Translations under genes and position numbers: made by a program | Shown here: in pieces, positions 12,301-26,146 of the stretch | Position numbering within the stretch: the stretch's first letter is position 1 | How the letters are laid out: every line of letters begins with the position of its first letter | NCBI RefSeq assembly: GCF_006345805.1 | Contig: NC_043002.1 | Coordinates: forward strand, 27,652,001-27,716,000 | Reading direction: 5' to 3' | DNA from: Octopus sinensis | Lineage: Eukaryota | Length of the DNA stretch: 64,000 nucleotides | The notes under the pieces: generated by a model | Databases searched by the model: none | Told to the model about the DNA's origin: nothing | Seen by the model: the letters and a program-made list of their open reading frames with translations, nothing else

Positions 12301-12710
12301 TTTCTTCACTGCCACAAGGGGCTAAACCCAGAGGGGACAAACAAGGAGAGGCAAACGGATTAAGTCGATTATATCGACCCCAGTGCATAACTGGTACTTA
12401 TTTAATCGACCCCGAAACGATGAAAGGCAAAGTCGACCTCGGCGGAATTTGAACTCAGAACGTAGCGGCAGACGAAATACCTATTTCTTTATTACCCACA
12501 AGGGGCTAAACATAGAGGGGACAAACAAGGACAGACATAGGTATTAAGTCGTTTACATCGACCGCAGTGCGTAACTGGTACTTAATTTATCGACCCCGAA
12601 AGGATGAAAGGCAAAGTCGACCTCGGCGGAATTTGAACTCCGAACGTAGCGGTAGACGAAATACCGCTAAGCATTTCGCCCGGCGGGCTAACGTTTCTGT
12701 CAGCTCGCCA
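12300..12710 (-). mobile_element. Two tandem SINE family B1 copies
   Basis: TTTCTT...CCACAAGGGGCTAAAC...GAGGGGACAAACAAGG...TCGACCTCGGCGGAATTTGAACTC occurs twice (12300 and 12481). Confidence 0.85.
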
Positions 12711-13382
12711 TCATACCATACAACCACGCCTGCCCCTGTTTATGCATGTATGTATGTATGTATGTATGTATGTATGTATGTATGTATGTATGTATGCATG
12801 TATGTATGTATGTATGTATGTATGTAGATTTGTATATACAAATGAAAGTGTGAATCTACGTGTGCTTTTGAATTCATCGCTGCAGCGGTCGACAACTTGT
12901 CTCGGCTTTTTTACACCGTCATAACTTAGAGGTTCGGCAAAGTGACCGCGATAGTATAAATACCATTGGAGTCAATTTTTTTGTCTAAATTGTCACGATA
13001 GTAACGGCTGCGTGACAAGACACTTACTTACCAATCGTATAGTTCTGGGTTCAGTCCCACTACGTGACGCTTTGGGTAAGTGTCTTCTACTAAAGTCTTC
13101 TCCCAAGTAAATTCTTATGAGTGCATTTGGTAGTTGGAACCTGTAAGAAACTCGTCATATATGTATGTGTGTGTGAGAGAGAGAGGGGTGGGGTGTTTGT
13201 CACCCACCACAGTTTGACAAACGGCGTTGGTGTGATCACATCACTATAACTTAGCAGTTCGGCAAAACTACTGATAGAATAAATACCAGACTTAAGAAAA
13301 TGAGTACGGGGGTCGACTCATTCGACCAAAATCCTGGTGCACCAGCATGGTATCACTATAATGACTGAAGCATGCAAAATAT

Positions 13383-13783
13383 AGGCGTAGGAATGGCTGT
13401 GTGGTAAGTAGCATACTTACGAACCACATGGCTCCGGGTTCAGTCCCACTGCGTGGCACCTTGGGCTAGTGTCTTCTACTATAGCCGCGGGCCGACCAAA
13501 GCCTTGTGAGTGGATTTGGTAGACGGAAACTGAAAGAAACCCGTCGTATATGTGTATGTGTGTGTGTGTATATATGTTTGCGTGTTTGTGCCCCCAACAT
13601 CGCTTGACAACCGATGCTGGTGTGTTTACCTCCCCGCAAATTAGCGGTTCGGCCAAAGAGACCGATAGAATACGTACTAGGCTTACAAAGAATAAGTCCT
13701 GGGGGTCGATTTGCTCGACTAAAGGCGGTGCTCCGACATGGCCATAATCAAAAGACTGAAACAAGTAAAAGAGTAAAAGAGTA
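13383..13783 (+). mobile_element. Full-length SINE family A
   Basis: Head GGCTGTGTGGTAAGTAGC...GGGTTCAGTCCC, internal (TA/TG)n, tail GACTGAAACAAG(TAAAAGAG)n; a degenerate copy lies upstream at 13010-13380. Confidence 0.9.
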
Positions 13784-14123
13784 TAAAACACACAGACACT
13801 TATATATGTATACACATACACACTCACAAACACATGCACACACACATATGTATATATATATATGTGTGTGTGTATATATGTATATATATAATTAAATATA
13901 AGGATAAAATCGATATAATAATTTATCATATAGTCAGTGTGAAAAACCAATTACGGTAAATTTTTTTACAAAATATATCATTAATTTATTCCCTTTTAAA
14001 TACATTTATTATATTAAGGGCATTAATAGTATGTCTAGTAAGGTAGTTTTGACTTTAAGAATCCCTTACAGTGTGAGGCATTACGTGTACCGATGACCTT
14101 AATATAATATAATATATATATAT

Positions 14124-14171
<48 letters not shown>

Positions 14172-14270
14172 CGTTTAAATATTTGTTGTGCAAGATTATT
14201 TATTGGCTAAACTGGCAATATGACCATTCCGAAATATAACAATATATATTATATATATATACATACACAC

Positions 14271-14301
<31 letters not shown>

Positions 14302-14974
14302 CATATACTTATATATTTAAATATTTTTATATACATATGTGAGTGTTTATATACGTGTATATGTGTGAGTGCGTGTATGTATGTTTACACATACATTAAT
14401 ATATATATATATACAAAGTACATTATATTATTAGTGTGACCAAATCCACCTCTGGTCACTAATCATTTAGATATTAAATACTTGCTGTCGCATACACGCG
14501 CAGGGGCACGCACGCGATGTAACATACGTAATAAATAATATCGGAATCACTTTCAATGCGGTTACACAATTTGCTAGAAATAGCAGCTAAATTTTCTTGA
14601 AGTCACTCGAACTCTAAAGAAAGTTGTTGATATAGGTACTATTTATATATCTACTACTTCTAGATATATTGCATAAGGAGTGGGGTCTGTCTACTGATGC
14701 ATGATATACCGAAAATAGCAACGGTTTCTCCCTTATATTCTACCAATTCAGTAAAGAAGACCATGCTGATAATGTAGTTTTATATATTTTATATGCGGTA
14801 TAATCGTAAACACGCACAACCGCACGCACACACGTGCACACATATGTGCATGCAAACACAGTGAGAGTGAGAGAGAGGGTGCGTGTGGAGCCAACAACCA
14901 GCTAGACATATAGGCCACATGTCTCTCAAATCACACCCTATCGATTGTGTGCAGGGTTCAGTCCTAATTACAAC

Positions 14975-15018
14975 ACAGACACACGCACACATGCACGCAC
15001 GCACACACACATACACAC

Positions 15019-15068
<50 letters not shown>

Positions 15069-15157
15069 ACACACACACATACACATACACACACACACAC
15101 ATACACACACATACACATACACACACACATACACACACACATACACATACATACATA

Positions 15158-15195
<38 letters not shown>
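14975..15195. repeat. (CA)n/(CATA)n compound microsatellite
   Basis: Direct reading. Confidence 0.95.
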
Positions 15196-15196
<1 letters not shown>

Positions 15197-15747
15197 CAAA
15201 CGCACAAAGAATATTCATGCCAACGTGTTACCCTCTACGTAGTGAAACAGCCTGTTAGAAATAACAGCCAAAACTCCTCCATATCACACTTTATAATTTG
15301 GAGGGTGTTCAAATTTTTTGTTTTATTTTGTGGTGGTAATTGTTTCGATAATTGATTTCAGAGATTCCAACTTGTGTATAATAAGAGCAAACTCAGTTAC
15401 ACTGTTTATTTTGGCCTCTCTCACACACACACCTGTCAGAGAATTTATTGCGGAGCAACACCTCTCTTAATTTATAGTTTCTTTATCGAGTATAGTTGGA
15501 GGAAGATGTTGAGGGTGATTTCTGAGCAGTTGCATAGAATTGACCACACTCCTCTCACTTTTGACATCCACTCAAAGTATTCCACTGGACATAGGAAATC
15601 TGCTTCCGTTTCTCTATCTTAGAATGATGAAGAGGCGATTTTTTCTATAGATTAGCTTATTGAATTCCTCAAACAAGGGCCTAGTCATAAATGAACTGAG
15701 AGGAGAGGCTGTATACAGAAAATAATTGGGTTATTTCTATACGACTC

Positions 15748-16900
15748 AAGGCGGCGAGCTGGCACATCGTTAGCACGCCGCTCAGCGATTTCGTCTGCTG
15801 TTACGTTCTGAGTTCAAATCCCGCCGAGGTCGACTTTGCCTTTCATCCTTTCGGGGTCGATAAATTAAGTACCAGTTACACATTGGGGTCGATATCATCG
15901 ACTTAACCCGTCTGTCTGTCCTTGTTTGTCTCCTCTGTGTTTAGCCCCTTGTGGGTAGTAAAGAAATAGGTATTTCGCTCGTCGCTATGTTCCGAGTTCA
16001 AATTCCGCCGAGGTCGAACTTGTCTTTTATCCTTTCGGGGTCGATTAAATAAGTACCACCGGAGTCGATGTAATCGACTTACCCCTTTTATTCTTGTGCC
16101 TATAATAAAAAAGTATTATTTCTACTCAGGTCAAGGTGGTGAGCTGACACAATCGTTAGCAGGCTGGACGAAATGCTTAGCAGTATTCTGAGTTTGAACA
16201 CCGCCGAGGTCGACTTTGCCTATCATCCTTTCGAGGTCGATAAATTAAGTACCAGTTGCGTACTGAGGTCGATCTCATCGACTGCTCTTCTCACCCAAAA
16301 TTTCAGGCCTTGTGCCTATAATAGAAACGATTCTTTCTTTACAGATCGGTGTATTTGCAGAATCGTTACAGAAATGGAGAAAACCTGGCTCTTTATGGTT
16401 CTGAGTTACCTTTGCCTTTCACCCTTTCGGGCTCAATAAAATAAAATGCCAACCAATTACTGCGCTCAGTAGTATTGACTAACCCCTCCCCTCAAAACTG
16501 TTGACTTATTAGAAGTTGTTATGTAGGGTAGTGGATAGGCAAAAACGTTAGAGCGTCGGACAAAACACCTTGCAATATTTTTCCCTTCTATTTGCATTCT
16601 GAGTTCAAATTTCACCGAGACTTTTCATTGTTTCGTAGTCGTTAAAGTAAAGTACCAGTCAAATACTGGGGACAATCGTATGGACTAATCGTTCCCTTCA
16701 AAATTGCTGACCTAGTGCCTAAATCATAAAACATAAGTCAGTGAGCTGGCAGAAGCGGTGGAGTGTCATAGAAAATACTTTGCATAATTATTCTCGTCCT
16801 TAAAGTTCTAAAAATGAAACCCTGCTGAACTGAGGCTCGCCTTTCATTCTTTCGGTACCGTTACATAAAGTACGAGTCAAGTACTAGAGTTAATGGTATC
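15748..16900 (+). mobile_element. Array of SINE family B1/B2 copies
   Basis: GGCGGCGAGCTGGCA...GAGTTCAAAT.CCGCCGAGGTCGACTTTGCCTTTCATCCTTTCGGGGTCGATAAATTAAGTACC at 15748, 15970 and 16135, with more degenerate copies after. Confidence 0.8.
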
Positions 16901-17774
16901 AACCACTCACCATCCCTTCAAATATCCTGGCCTTATGGCTACACATGACATAGGCGCAGGCGTGACTCTATGGTAAGAAACTTGCTTCCGAACCACATGG
17001 GTCCGACTTCAGTCCCATTGCGTTGCTCCTTGGGTAAGTGTCTTCTACTGTAGCCTAGGGCTGACCAAATCCTTGTGAATGGATTTGGTAGACGGAAACT
17101 GAAAGAAGCCTAAAACCCTTCAAGGCGGAGCCCCAGCATGGCCATACTCAAATGACTGAAACAAATAAATGATACAAAAATTTTTAAATCACAACCCATT
17201 ATTTTAGTTATTATATATTAAGCATTTCAAATAAATACACAAATATCGTGGGTAAGGTATTCGATACGCAACCCTTATATACATATATATCGATTGATAT
17301 TAACAAACGAGCAAGAAACTGCGTGATATATTTGTAGACTATGATAATCTACTTCAGCTGATCAAGTTTGATCCAGTTAAATGTTACTATGAAGCTTTCC
17401 CGATACTGGGGAAAACCTGGGAGTAACAATCATCTGGATCAGCTGAATTACAAAGATACACACACACGCACACACACAGAGACACGCATATAAACACGCA
17501 CTTACATACACATATCAATAAATACACATGTTTATGCATACATATATACGTCTTTGTGTGTATATGTATGTATATAACAACGAAAAAATGTCGATAAATA
17601 ACTGTGCATCGAACAAAAGTAATGGGAATGGGCTAAGCCATACGATAAGAAGTGGTCCATAAAATAAATAACGGTTAAGTAGTGAAATCGATATCATTGA
17701 CTGAAAACCCTTAAAAACAGTGTCTTATAGGGGCCACGGTCCGAAAACGACTGAAGCAAGAAAGAAAGTGAATA

Positions 17775-18165
17775 GGCGTAGGAGTGGCTGTGTGGTAAGT
17801 AGCTTGCTTACCAACCACATGGTTCCGGGTTCAGTCCCACTGCGTGGCACCTTGAGCAAGTGTCTTCTACTATAGTCTCGGGCCGACCAAAGCGTTGTGA
17901 GTGGATTTGGTAGACGGAAACTGAAAGAAGCTCGACGTATATATGTATATGTATATATATGTGGGGGGGTGTATGTCTGCATTTGTCTCCCCAACATCGC
18001 TTGGCAACCGATGCTGATGTGTTTACGTCCCCGTAACTTAGCGTTTCGACAAAAGAGACCGATAGAATAAGTACTAGGCTTACAAAGAATAAGTCCTGCA
18101 GTCGACTTGCTCGACCAAAGGCGGTGCTCCATCATGGCCACAGTCAAATGACTGAAACAAATAAA
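17775..18165 (+). mobile_element. Full-length SINE family A
   Basis: As 13383; deleted copy at 16954-17170 and partial copy at 18917-19165. Confidence 0.9.
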
Positions 18166-19169
18166 GAGTAAATAAATAAATAAATAAATAAATAAGCAAA
18201 TAAACAAATAAATTAATAAATGCAAAGGAGGTTTGGATCCGTACTTGACTTTTTAAAAATTCTTTAAAATTTTCACTAATTTGCAGCATTAATTAGTCAG
18301 TATTAGTTAGCCAGTATTTGGGTTTAATTAAGGCGAACAATTAAGTTTTGCCAAAGAGCATGTGTACAGAGGGGAACATATTGATTTTTGTCCTCTCCTG
18401 TCGTTGTAAAAGTGTCAGCATTTGTGTGAGAGAGAGAGAGAGACTGCTATAGAAGAAATATGTTATAATTTCTCAGCAAAACGTACTTTATGCCTATGTG
18501 GTACGACCTGTTTAGAATAGCAACAAAGTTTCTCTTTTATCACACATGATTGACCTGCTAGAAATATCAGACAGATCTCACTGAAATCACAGACAAAAGT
18601 ATAGGCTTAAAACAGGGGGCAACGCAGCTTAATGTAGCACTGGATGTTATACATACTACTATTACAACAGCAACTACTACTACTACTATTACTACTACTA
18701 CTATTACTACAACAACAACAACTACTACTACTACTACTACTACTACTAATAATAATAATAATAATAATAATAACAACAACAACAATGATAATGATTTCTT
18801 TTATTGGTCACAAGGGCCCAAAACATGGAGGACAATATCAGTTTTTTATTGGTCACAAGGGCCGAACACAAAACAAAACTGGACATGCGTGACTGTGTGG
18901 TAAGGAGCTTAAGGGCACAGGCGTGGCTGTTTGGTAAGAAGCTTGCTTCCTAACACACGATTCTGGGTTCAGTCCCCTGTGTGGGACCTTGGACAAGTGC
19001 TTTCTACTATACCCTCGGGCCGACCAAAGCCTTGTGAGTGAATTTGGTAGACGGAACCTGAAAGAAGACCATCGTCTGTGTGTGTGTGTGTTTGTGTCCA
19101 CCGTCACTTGACAACTGATTTTGGTGTTTTTATGCCCCCATACATTAGTGGTTCGGCAAAACTATAAGG

Positions 19170-19715
19170 TACAAGTGGGTTGTTGAACATTACCCTGTAT
19201 ACAATAAGTGACAAAATAAAACAACCCAATTAAACAATAAAGGTTCCCCAAAAGTGGCGACTTCCTCACTAAGACATCTGAGGAAGCCCACACGTCCCAG
19301 TTATCCCGACCTCCAGGTGCACCTCAGCAAGTGCCGCTCTCCTTCTCAACTTCTCCGGTTTAGAAGCGAAGAGTAGGCCCGTTCACATGGGCCATCCTCG
19401 CAATATTCACCCACCCTTCGACAAATTTAATGGTGGGAGCAGAACTTTCCTTTGTGCTGTCACTTTTCTGTTCAAGTGGAACTGGAAAAAGTCGATGAGG
19501 GCTTGGCCGAAGAGCAAAGTATCTGTCGCCAGCCCATTCAGTCTCGTCCACCACACTCCCGCCTTCGCCATAGCCGACAGCTTTTCACTCTCGGCCAAAG
19601 GTAGGCAGCGGATCGATCTTCACGATGGCCTCAGCTGTCAACTGGATCCGTCCTACACGCGTCCTACAAGTCGACAAAGCTCCATGAATCAGCAATGCAC
19701 GGATACTGGATGAGA
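19170..19715 (-). mobile_element. Tx1-clade LINE 3' fragment, diverged subfamily
   Basis: AMAKAGVWWTRLNGLATDTLLFGQALIDFFQFHLNRKV aligns with the ORF2 C-terminus at 26147-26400 (AMAKECIWWTRLKGLETNTFLSGQSLINFFKYHLKRKV). Confidence 0.85.
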
Positions 19716-19722
19716 TACTGGA

Positions 19723-20008
19723 CCATGTTTCCAAAGGTGAATTATCCAAACCTTCAGGAATTCCTTTCAACACACAGCTATGATGCTCCCCCACTACTTC
19801 TGATCGTGATCAGAGATTCACATATCGTCAGCAACTATGGGGCATGTTCAACTGGTCATGGTCAAACAACTGACAAGCAGATCTGTGATATTGAGCAGAA
19901 TATTTTCTGTAGCCCATCTTTTATACCAAGACAAAACAATGTACATGATAACGCTTCCAATCAGTTAAGATCTGAAGTCATGAGAGCCACTGTCTGGTAC
20001 TGCATCAG
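19723..20008 (-). mobile_element. Partial copy of the ~550 bp (TAA)n-associated element
   Basis: Matches the 3' (plus-strand) half of 43138-43687 and 48887-49437. Confidence 0.85.
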
Positions 20009-20046
20009 GACAAATTATTATTATTATTGTTGTTGTTGTTGTTATT

Positions 20047-21640
20047 GTGTTAGGAAAACTCTCAGCTTATTTTGATGGATATGATGGAAAATGTTGCCTG
20101 CTCACAGCCAGCAGACTAAAGTGACACTTGATTACTGATCATGCTTCAAGAAACCCTGCGAAGAATTCTTGCAGTTTCAAGCAAAGCTGATATTTTTTAA
20201 GTTTTCTACCTTCATGCTAGCACCAGTCTTGGTAGTTGATTGTTGATACTTCCAAGTGCACAGATTGCTACTACTCTCCTCATTGACTACAACCTTCAAC
20301 CTGTGTCATCTCTTGTGAAAGGTAAGAGAGTCCAGTTTGCTGGACATTGTTGTAGAGCTGAAAGAGAGGTAATTTCTACTCTTCTCCTCTGGAAGCCATC
20401 TACTCGCAATACCAGAGGGCGCACACTCTCCTACCCTGATGTAATCTTCAGGGATACAGGCATCCAGCAACAGGACCTCCGTAATGCCATGATGGACCGT
20501 GAAGTCTGGCGTAGCATGGTAGATTCCATTGTCTCGACCACGGTCGAACAATGATGATGATGACAACCTTCATATTTCCCACTTCAATTCGTCATAGTTG
20601 TTTATTTTTTCTTGTTTCACATTGATCCTGTGGTCACCTGTGCATACTATGCCGTTTATCATGGATGTGCTTTCTTTTTGGTTCCCCGCAACAATATCTG
20701 CTTTCCGATGTTTGGTCAGGTGATTGCCCTGAATCATTACATCGCACAGGATTTTGCAATTCTCATTATCGGTGTCTCCTGGGGTTTGCTCATACCACGT
20801 CTTTATTGTTTGTAGGTCGTGCTTTCCACAGAGCTCTCAATGAATTATTCTTGACACATTGTCATGGTGTCGTTTATATTTGCGTTGTACCAATTTCGAG
20901 CATTCGCTAACGATGTTCCATACCATTTCACTCCTATCACTACACATTCTGCATTTCTCGCTGTATTGTCGCTTTTATTGTCTATTCTGCGCTTCACGTA
21001 GTTGATCCTTAAGGCTTGTTCTTGAGCGGCGCATATGAGTGCTTCTGTCTCTATCTTCAAGTCGCTCCTCCTAGTCCATAGCCACCGGTCCTCTGTATCC
21101 GTCTTGGTGTTCACATCTCTTGCAAACTGACCGTACTTTCTTGTCCTTCCATGCTTTTTCTTGTCTTCTTTTTATTTCTTGATAATATTTTTCTTTCATT
21201 ACACAATTTTCAGTTTTGATGACGCCGGCATTGTTCGTATGCTTCAAAAATGGCTTCACGGCATTTTTTATATAACACCCTAAGCTGTTTTCTGCTGCTG
21301 GCAACTGATCAAACCTTTCCCACCCTTTCTTCTGGGTAAGTACAGCCTAACGGTGTCAATCTTAGGGTGGAAGGTTCAATAAACATTTTTCTAGTCTTGA
21401 TATCCATTTCATCACTTCTCTGTTCTGCTATTTTATAATTCTTCTCCATACCAAATCATACTTTCGCTCACGTATTAACTGCTTGGATTTTATTGCATCC
21501 AGTCAATTTTGAACGCAACACCAACCTTAGTCTTCGGAAATATTCAATCCTGAGTTGATGTTCATTGCTTTCTCTATCATCTACCCGAACTCTAGTACAG
21601 CAAGGTTTTTGTAACCTTCGGTCTCAATTTGTTTAATCAA
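20047..21640 (-). mobile_element. R4/Dong-like RLE-type LINE, 5'-truncated pseudogene
   Basis: Fragments ENSLGCYIK, RWLWTRRSDLKIETEALICAAQEQALRINYVK and an RLE region homologous to 45540-48531; (ATT/GTT)n on both sides. Confidence 0.85.
20299..20562 (+). mobile_element. RTE/RTE-X-like LINE 3' fragment nested in the R4-like LINE
   Basis: KRVQFAGHCCRAEREVISTLLLW...AMMDREVWRSMV; (ATG)n tail; 10 bp TSD ACAACCTTCA at 20289-20298 and 20563-20572. Confidence 0.85.
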
Positions 21641-21659
21641 CTATTATTATTATTATTAA

Positions 21660-21713
<54 letters not shown>

Positions 21714-21928
21714 CATCATCATTATCATTATTATTATTGCTGTGGTTGCTGCTGTTGTTGTTATTATTATTATTATTATTATCATCATCATCATCATCAT
21801 CATTATTATTATCATCATTATTATGAGTACGTATGTGCGTATGTGTGTCTGCGTATGTGCGAATTTGTGCGTGTATTTAAACGTCTCTATAGGCGAAGGC
21901 TTGGCCGTGTGACCAGAAGCTTTTTTCC

Positions 21929-21978
<50 letters not shown>

Positions 21979-22804
21979 TATATATATGTATGTATTTCGT
22001 CAGTCTTCATGTTCTGAAATGAAATTCCACTGAGGTCGACTTTGCATTTGATGAATTAAATATCAGTCGAGCACTGAGCTCATAGTAATCAACTTAACCC
22101 TTACCCTAAAATTGCTGGCCGTGTGACAGATAGAATCAACAGAGTGTCGGAAAATAAGTTCCTTGCCTTATTTGTTTCAGCTCTTTATGTTCCTTGTTTT
22201 AAATCCTCCGGGATCAATTTTGCTTTCGTCCAACAATGGCCGATAAAATACGGTGCACTCGTCCATGACATCAACTAATCTCCACCCACTTAAAATTGCA
22301 GGCCTTGTATCAGTCCTGGAAATAGTTATAAGTAGATACCAATGGCACCATCAATTCGTATGAACACTTATGAAAGCAATGAATGTGTGAAATAGTGTGT
22401 GCGTGTGTGTGCGTGTGTGTGCGTTCTTGCGTGCGTGTGTGGTTGTGAATAAGCGTATATGGTGAGTAAATTTATGTGTGTGTGTGGCTGAGTGAGCATG
22501 CGTTTGTATGCGTCTGAGCATGTTTATGTATGCGAGTAATCATGTGATATTATGTAGGTGTATGACGTGGGTGAATGAGCTTTTATGTGTCTATAAGTCA
22601 GTGTATATGTGGGTGGATGTCGTAGGAAAGCGATCGTATATTTGTGCGTAAGTGCATGTATATATACGTGTGCGCTTCTGTTTTTGGATGTTATTACATA
22701 AGTTAGCAGGTGTTTGTGTCATGACTGAAGCATGTTTGTTTAGTGGTTGCTGAAAAGTTCCTGGCTTTGGCTAAAAGAAAATACTGGAGGAGCAGTCAAG
22801 TACT

Positions 22805-23290
<486 letters not shown>

Positions 23291-23574
23291 TTTTATTCAA
23301 CATATTCCCCTCCCAGATTCATACACTCATTGCAGCGGTCCTTCAGTTTTTCCAGGCTCTATCAAAAACACGAGAGTCTCGACCTCCAGCCAGACCTTTC
23401 GGCAACACCATTAAGGCCAGGAACTTTTCAGCACACCCTCGTATGTGAGTGAGCATATGTATGCACAGGTAAATATGCTAGTGTATGTGCATGGTAAGGG
23501 TAAACATGAGTGCATAAGTGAAGGCAAAAGTATATGTGTATATGTGAAGGTGCGCGTGAGTCTGTATAAATATA

Positions 23575-23805
23575 TATTTCTTTACTACCCACAAGGGGCT
23601 AAACACAGAGGAGACAAACAAGGACAGACAAACGGATTAAGTCGATTACATCGACCCCAGTGTGTAACTGGTAATTAATTTATCGACCCCGGAAGGATGA
23701 AAGGCAAAGTCGACCTCGGCGGAATTTGAACTCGGAACGTAACGGCAGACGAAATACGGCAACGCATTTCGCCCGGTGTGCTAACGTTTCTGCCAGCTCG
23801 CCGGT
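23575..23805 (-). mobile_element. SINE family B1
   Basis: Reverse complement of the 24327-24580 type. Confidence 0.9.
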
Positions 23806-24172
23806 AGAGTCTGTATAAATATAAATGAGCGTGTGTGTACAGACGCGTCTAGGAAAGCCTGAGTGAATGTTGTGTACGTGTACGTACGCATGACTATTTA
23901 TGTATGTGCGTGCGGTTTTCTGTGCATGTGGGTGTTGCAGGTAAGTGGATGTGTTTATGCATGACTCTGTATGTGCATAAGTATGTGTGTGCGCGTATGG
24001 GCGCGCATGAGTGTGTGACTGTGTGTGCGTACGTGTGCGCGTGTGTATCGATTTGTTTGCGTGTGTGCGAAAAAACATGCACGTGTGTTATTTTGTGAGC
24101 GTGCGACTATGTGTAGACTGCGTGTAAGTGTGACAGATTCTAAGTCGGTATAAGAGTAAGAGGCTGCCGTGT

Positions 24173-24248
<76 letters not shown>

Positions 24249-24326
24249 AAATGCATTCGAGATGTATGTGAGAGGGTGACAGTGAACGACTGTATGTGAT
24301 TGCGCACCGGTATATGGATTTATTGA

Positions 24327-24580
24327 AGGCGGCGAGCTGGGGGAAGGCGGCGAGCTGGCAGAATCGTTAGCACGCCGGGCGAAATGCTTAGCGGTATTTC
24401 GTCTGCGTTACATTGTGAGTTCAAATTCCGCCGAGGTCGACTTTGCCTTTCATCCTTTCGGGGTCGATAAATTAAGTACCAGTTACGCCCTGGGGTCGAT
24501 GTAATCGACTTAATACCTATGTCTGTCTTTGTTTGTCCCCTCTGTGTTTAGCCCCTTATGGGTAATAATGAAATAGGTAT
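24327..24580 (+). mobile_element. SINE family B1 with duplicated 5' tip
   Basis: GAAGGCGGCGAGCTGG occurs twice, followed by the full body. Confidence 0.9.
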
Positions 24581-24690
24581 ATGGATTTATGACGATTTGT
24601 GACTTTGAACGATAGTGTTTGCGGGCTTGAGTGTATGCGTGTGGGCGAATGTGTATGAGTATCTAGGTTCTCGTGTGTGCGTTCAATGTG

Positions 24691-24737
<47 letters not shown>

Positions 24738-25058
24738 GTGTGTGTGTGTGCGTGTGTATATATGTATATGTGTTCCTGCGCGATTAAGTATGTGCGTGAG
24801 AACATATTGACGTGCGTGTCCGCGAGCGTGTGTATGTGTGGTTGTGAGCGAGTAGGAATGTTTACGTATATGAGTGTGTGTGTGTGTGTATGTGTGTGTG
24901 CGCGCGTGCGTGTGTGCGCGTCTGTATGTGAGAGCATGTGCGTCTTTATAAATAGTTACATGCCCTCAAGTTTATGAGTACGTATATATGCTCGTGTATG
25001 TCGGCGTATATGCGAATTTGTGTGTGTGTATGTGTATATATATGTGTGTGTATATATG

Positions 25059-25097
<39 letters not shown>

Positions 25098-25692
25098 ATG
25101 TAGTTATGTATGTGTGTCTGTGTTTGTCTCCCCACCCCAATCGGGGTCGATTTGTTCGACAAAAATCCTATAAGGCGGTGCTCCAGCATGGCCGCAGTCA
25201 AATGACGGAAACAAGTAAAAGAATAAAAGAGTAAAAGAATTTAAACCTGTTCGTGAAGAAATATGGATGGATCCGTGTTTTGCGTGTGTGGATATTTATG
25301 AATGTGTTTGTGAATGGCTATGTATGCCTGGTTCAGTCTATATCAGTTATGAGTTTATTTTGCATGAGCGCATTTGAATGCGTGAGTGACAGAGAGGGGA
25401 CAGAGAGAACGCAAGAAAGGAAAAATGAATGAATGAATGAAATAAAGAAAGAAAGAAAGACAAAGAAAACGAAGGAAGGAAGGAATAAGAAGAAAGAGAA
25501 GAGAGAAGGGAGAGAGGAGAAAAGAGAGAGAGAGAAGAGAAAAGTGGGAGAGCGCATTTGCGTGTGCGTCTTTGGAACAATAAGAGAAATATGCGAGAGA
25601 AGGTATAAGGCACAGAGACAATTACATACTCAAATTAATTGACAGGTAGCTTTATTATAATATACGTTATACATAGAGGAGTCTTTACAATT

Positions 25693-25696
<4 letters not shown>

Positions 25697-25780
<84 letters not shown>
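25697..25780. repeat. (GATA)n tract at the 3' end of the Tx1 element
   Basis: Direct reading. Confidence 0.98.
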
Positions 25781-25781
<1 letters not shown>

Positions 25782-26146
25782 GTTTCTTTATTGGCCACAC
25801 AGGGCTGCACACAGATGGGACAAATTACAAGGTAGAGCTTTTCTTTTAGGGGTGAAAAAACGGAGAGTGGTGGTTTTCGATCAAAAGGGATCGTAAAAGG
25901 AAAGAAAAAGGACAAAAAAAAGGGGAGGGGTTAAAAAAAGGGGGGGAAAGAAAAAAAAATGAATAATAGGGATCGTTATCACAGAAATGTCAATATGAAG
26001 TGTAAAGGGGAGGACAGGTGAGGTTTACCCGTGGAAAGAAAAGCCTACGGAAAAGACCACGGTAACCTCGGTCAATGAAGTCACATGTTATATTTCTTTT
26101 TTTTTTTTTTTTGCAAATAAGCAACTCTCTGTATTATTTTTATGGT

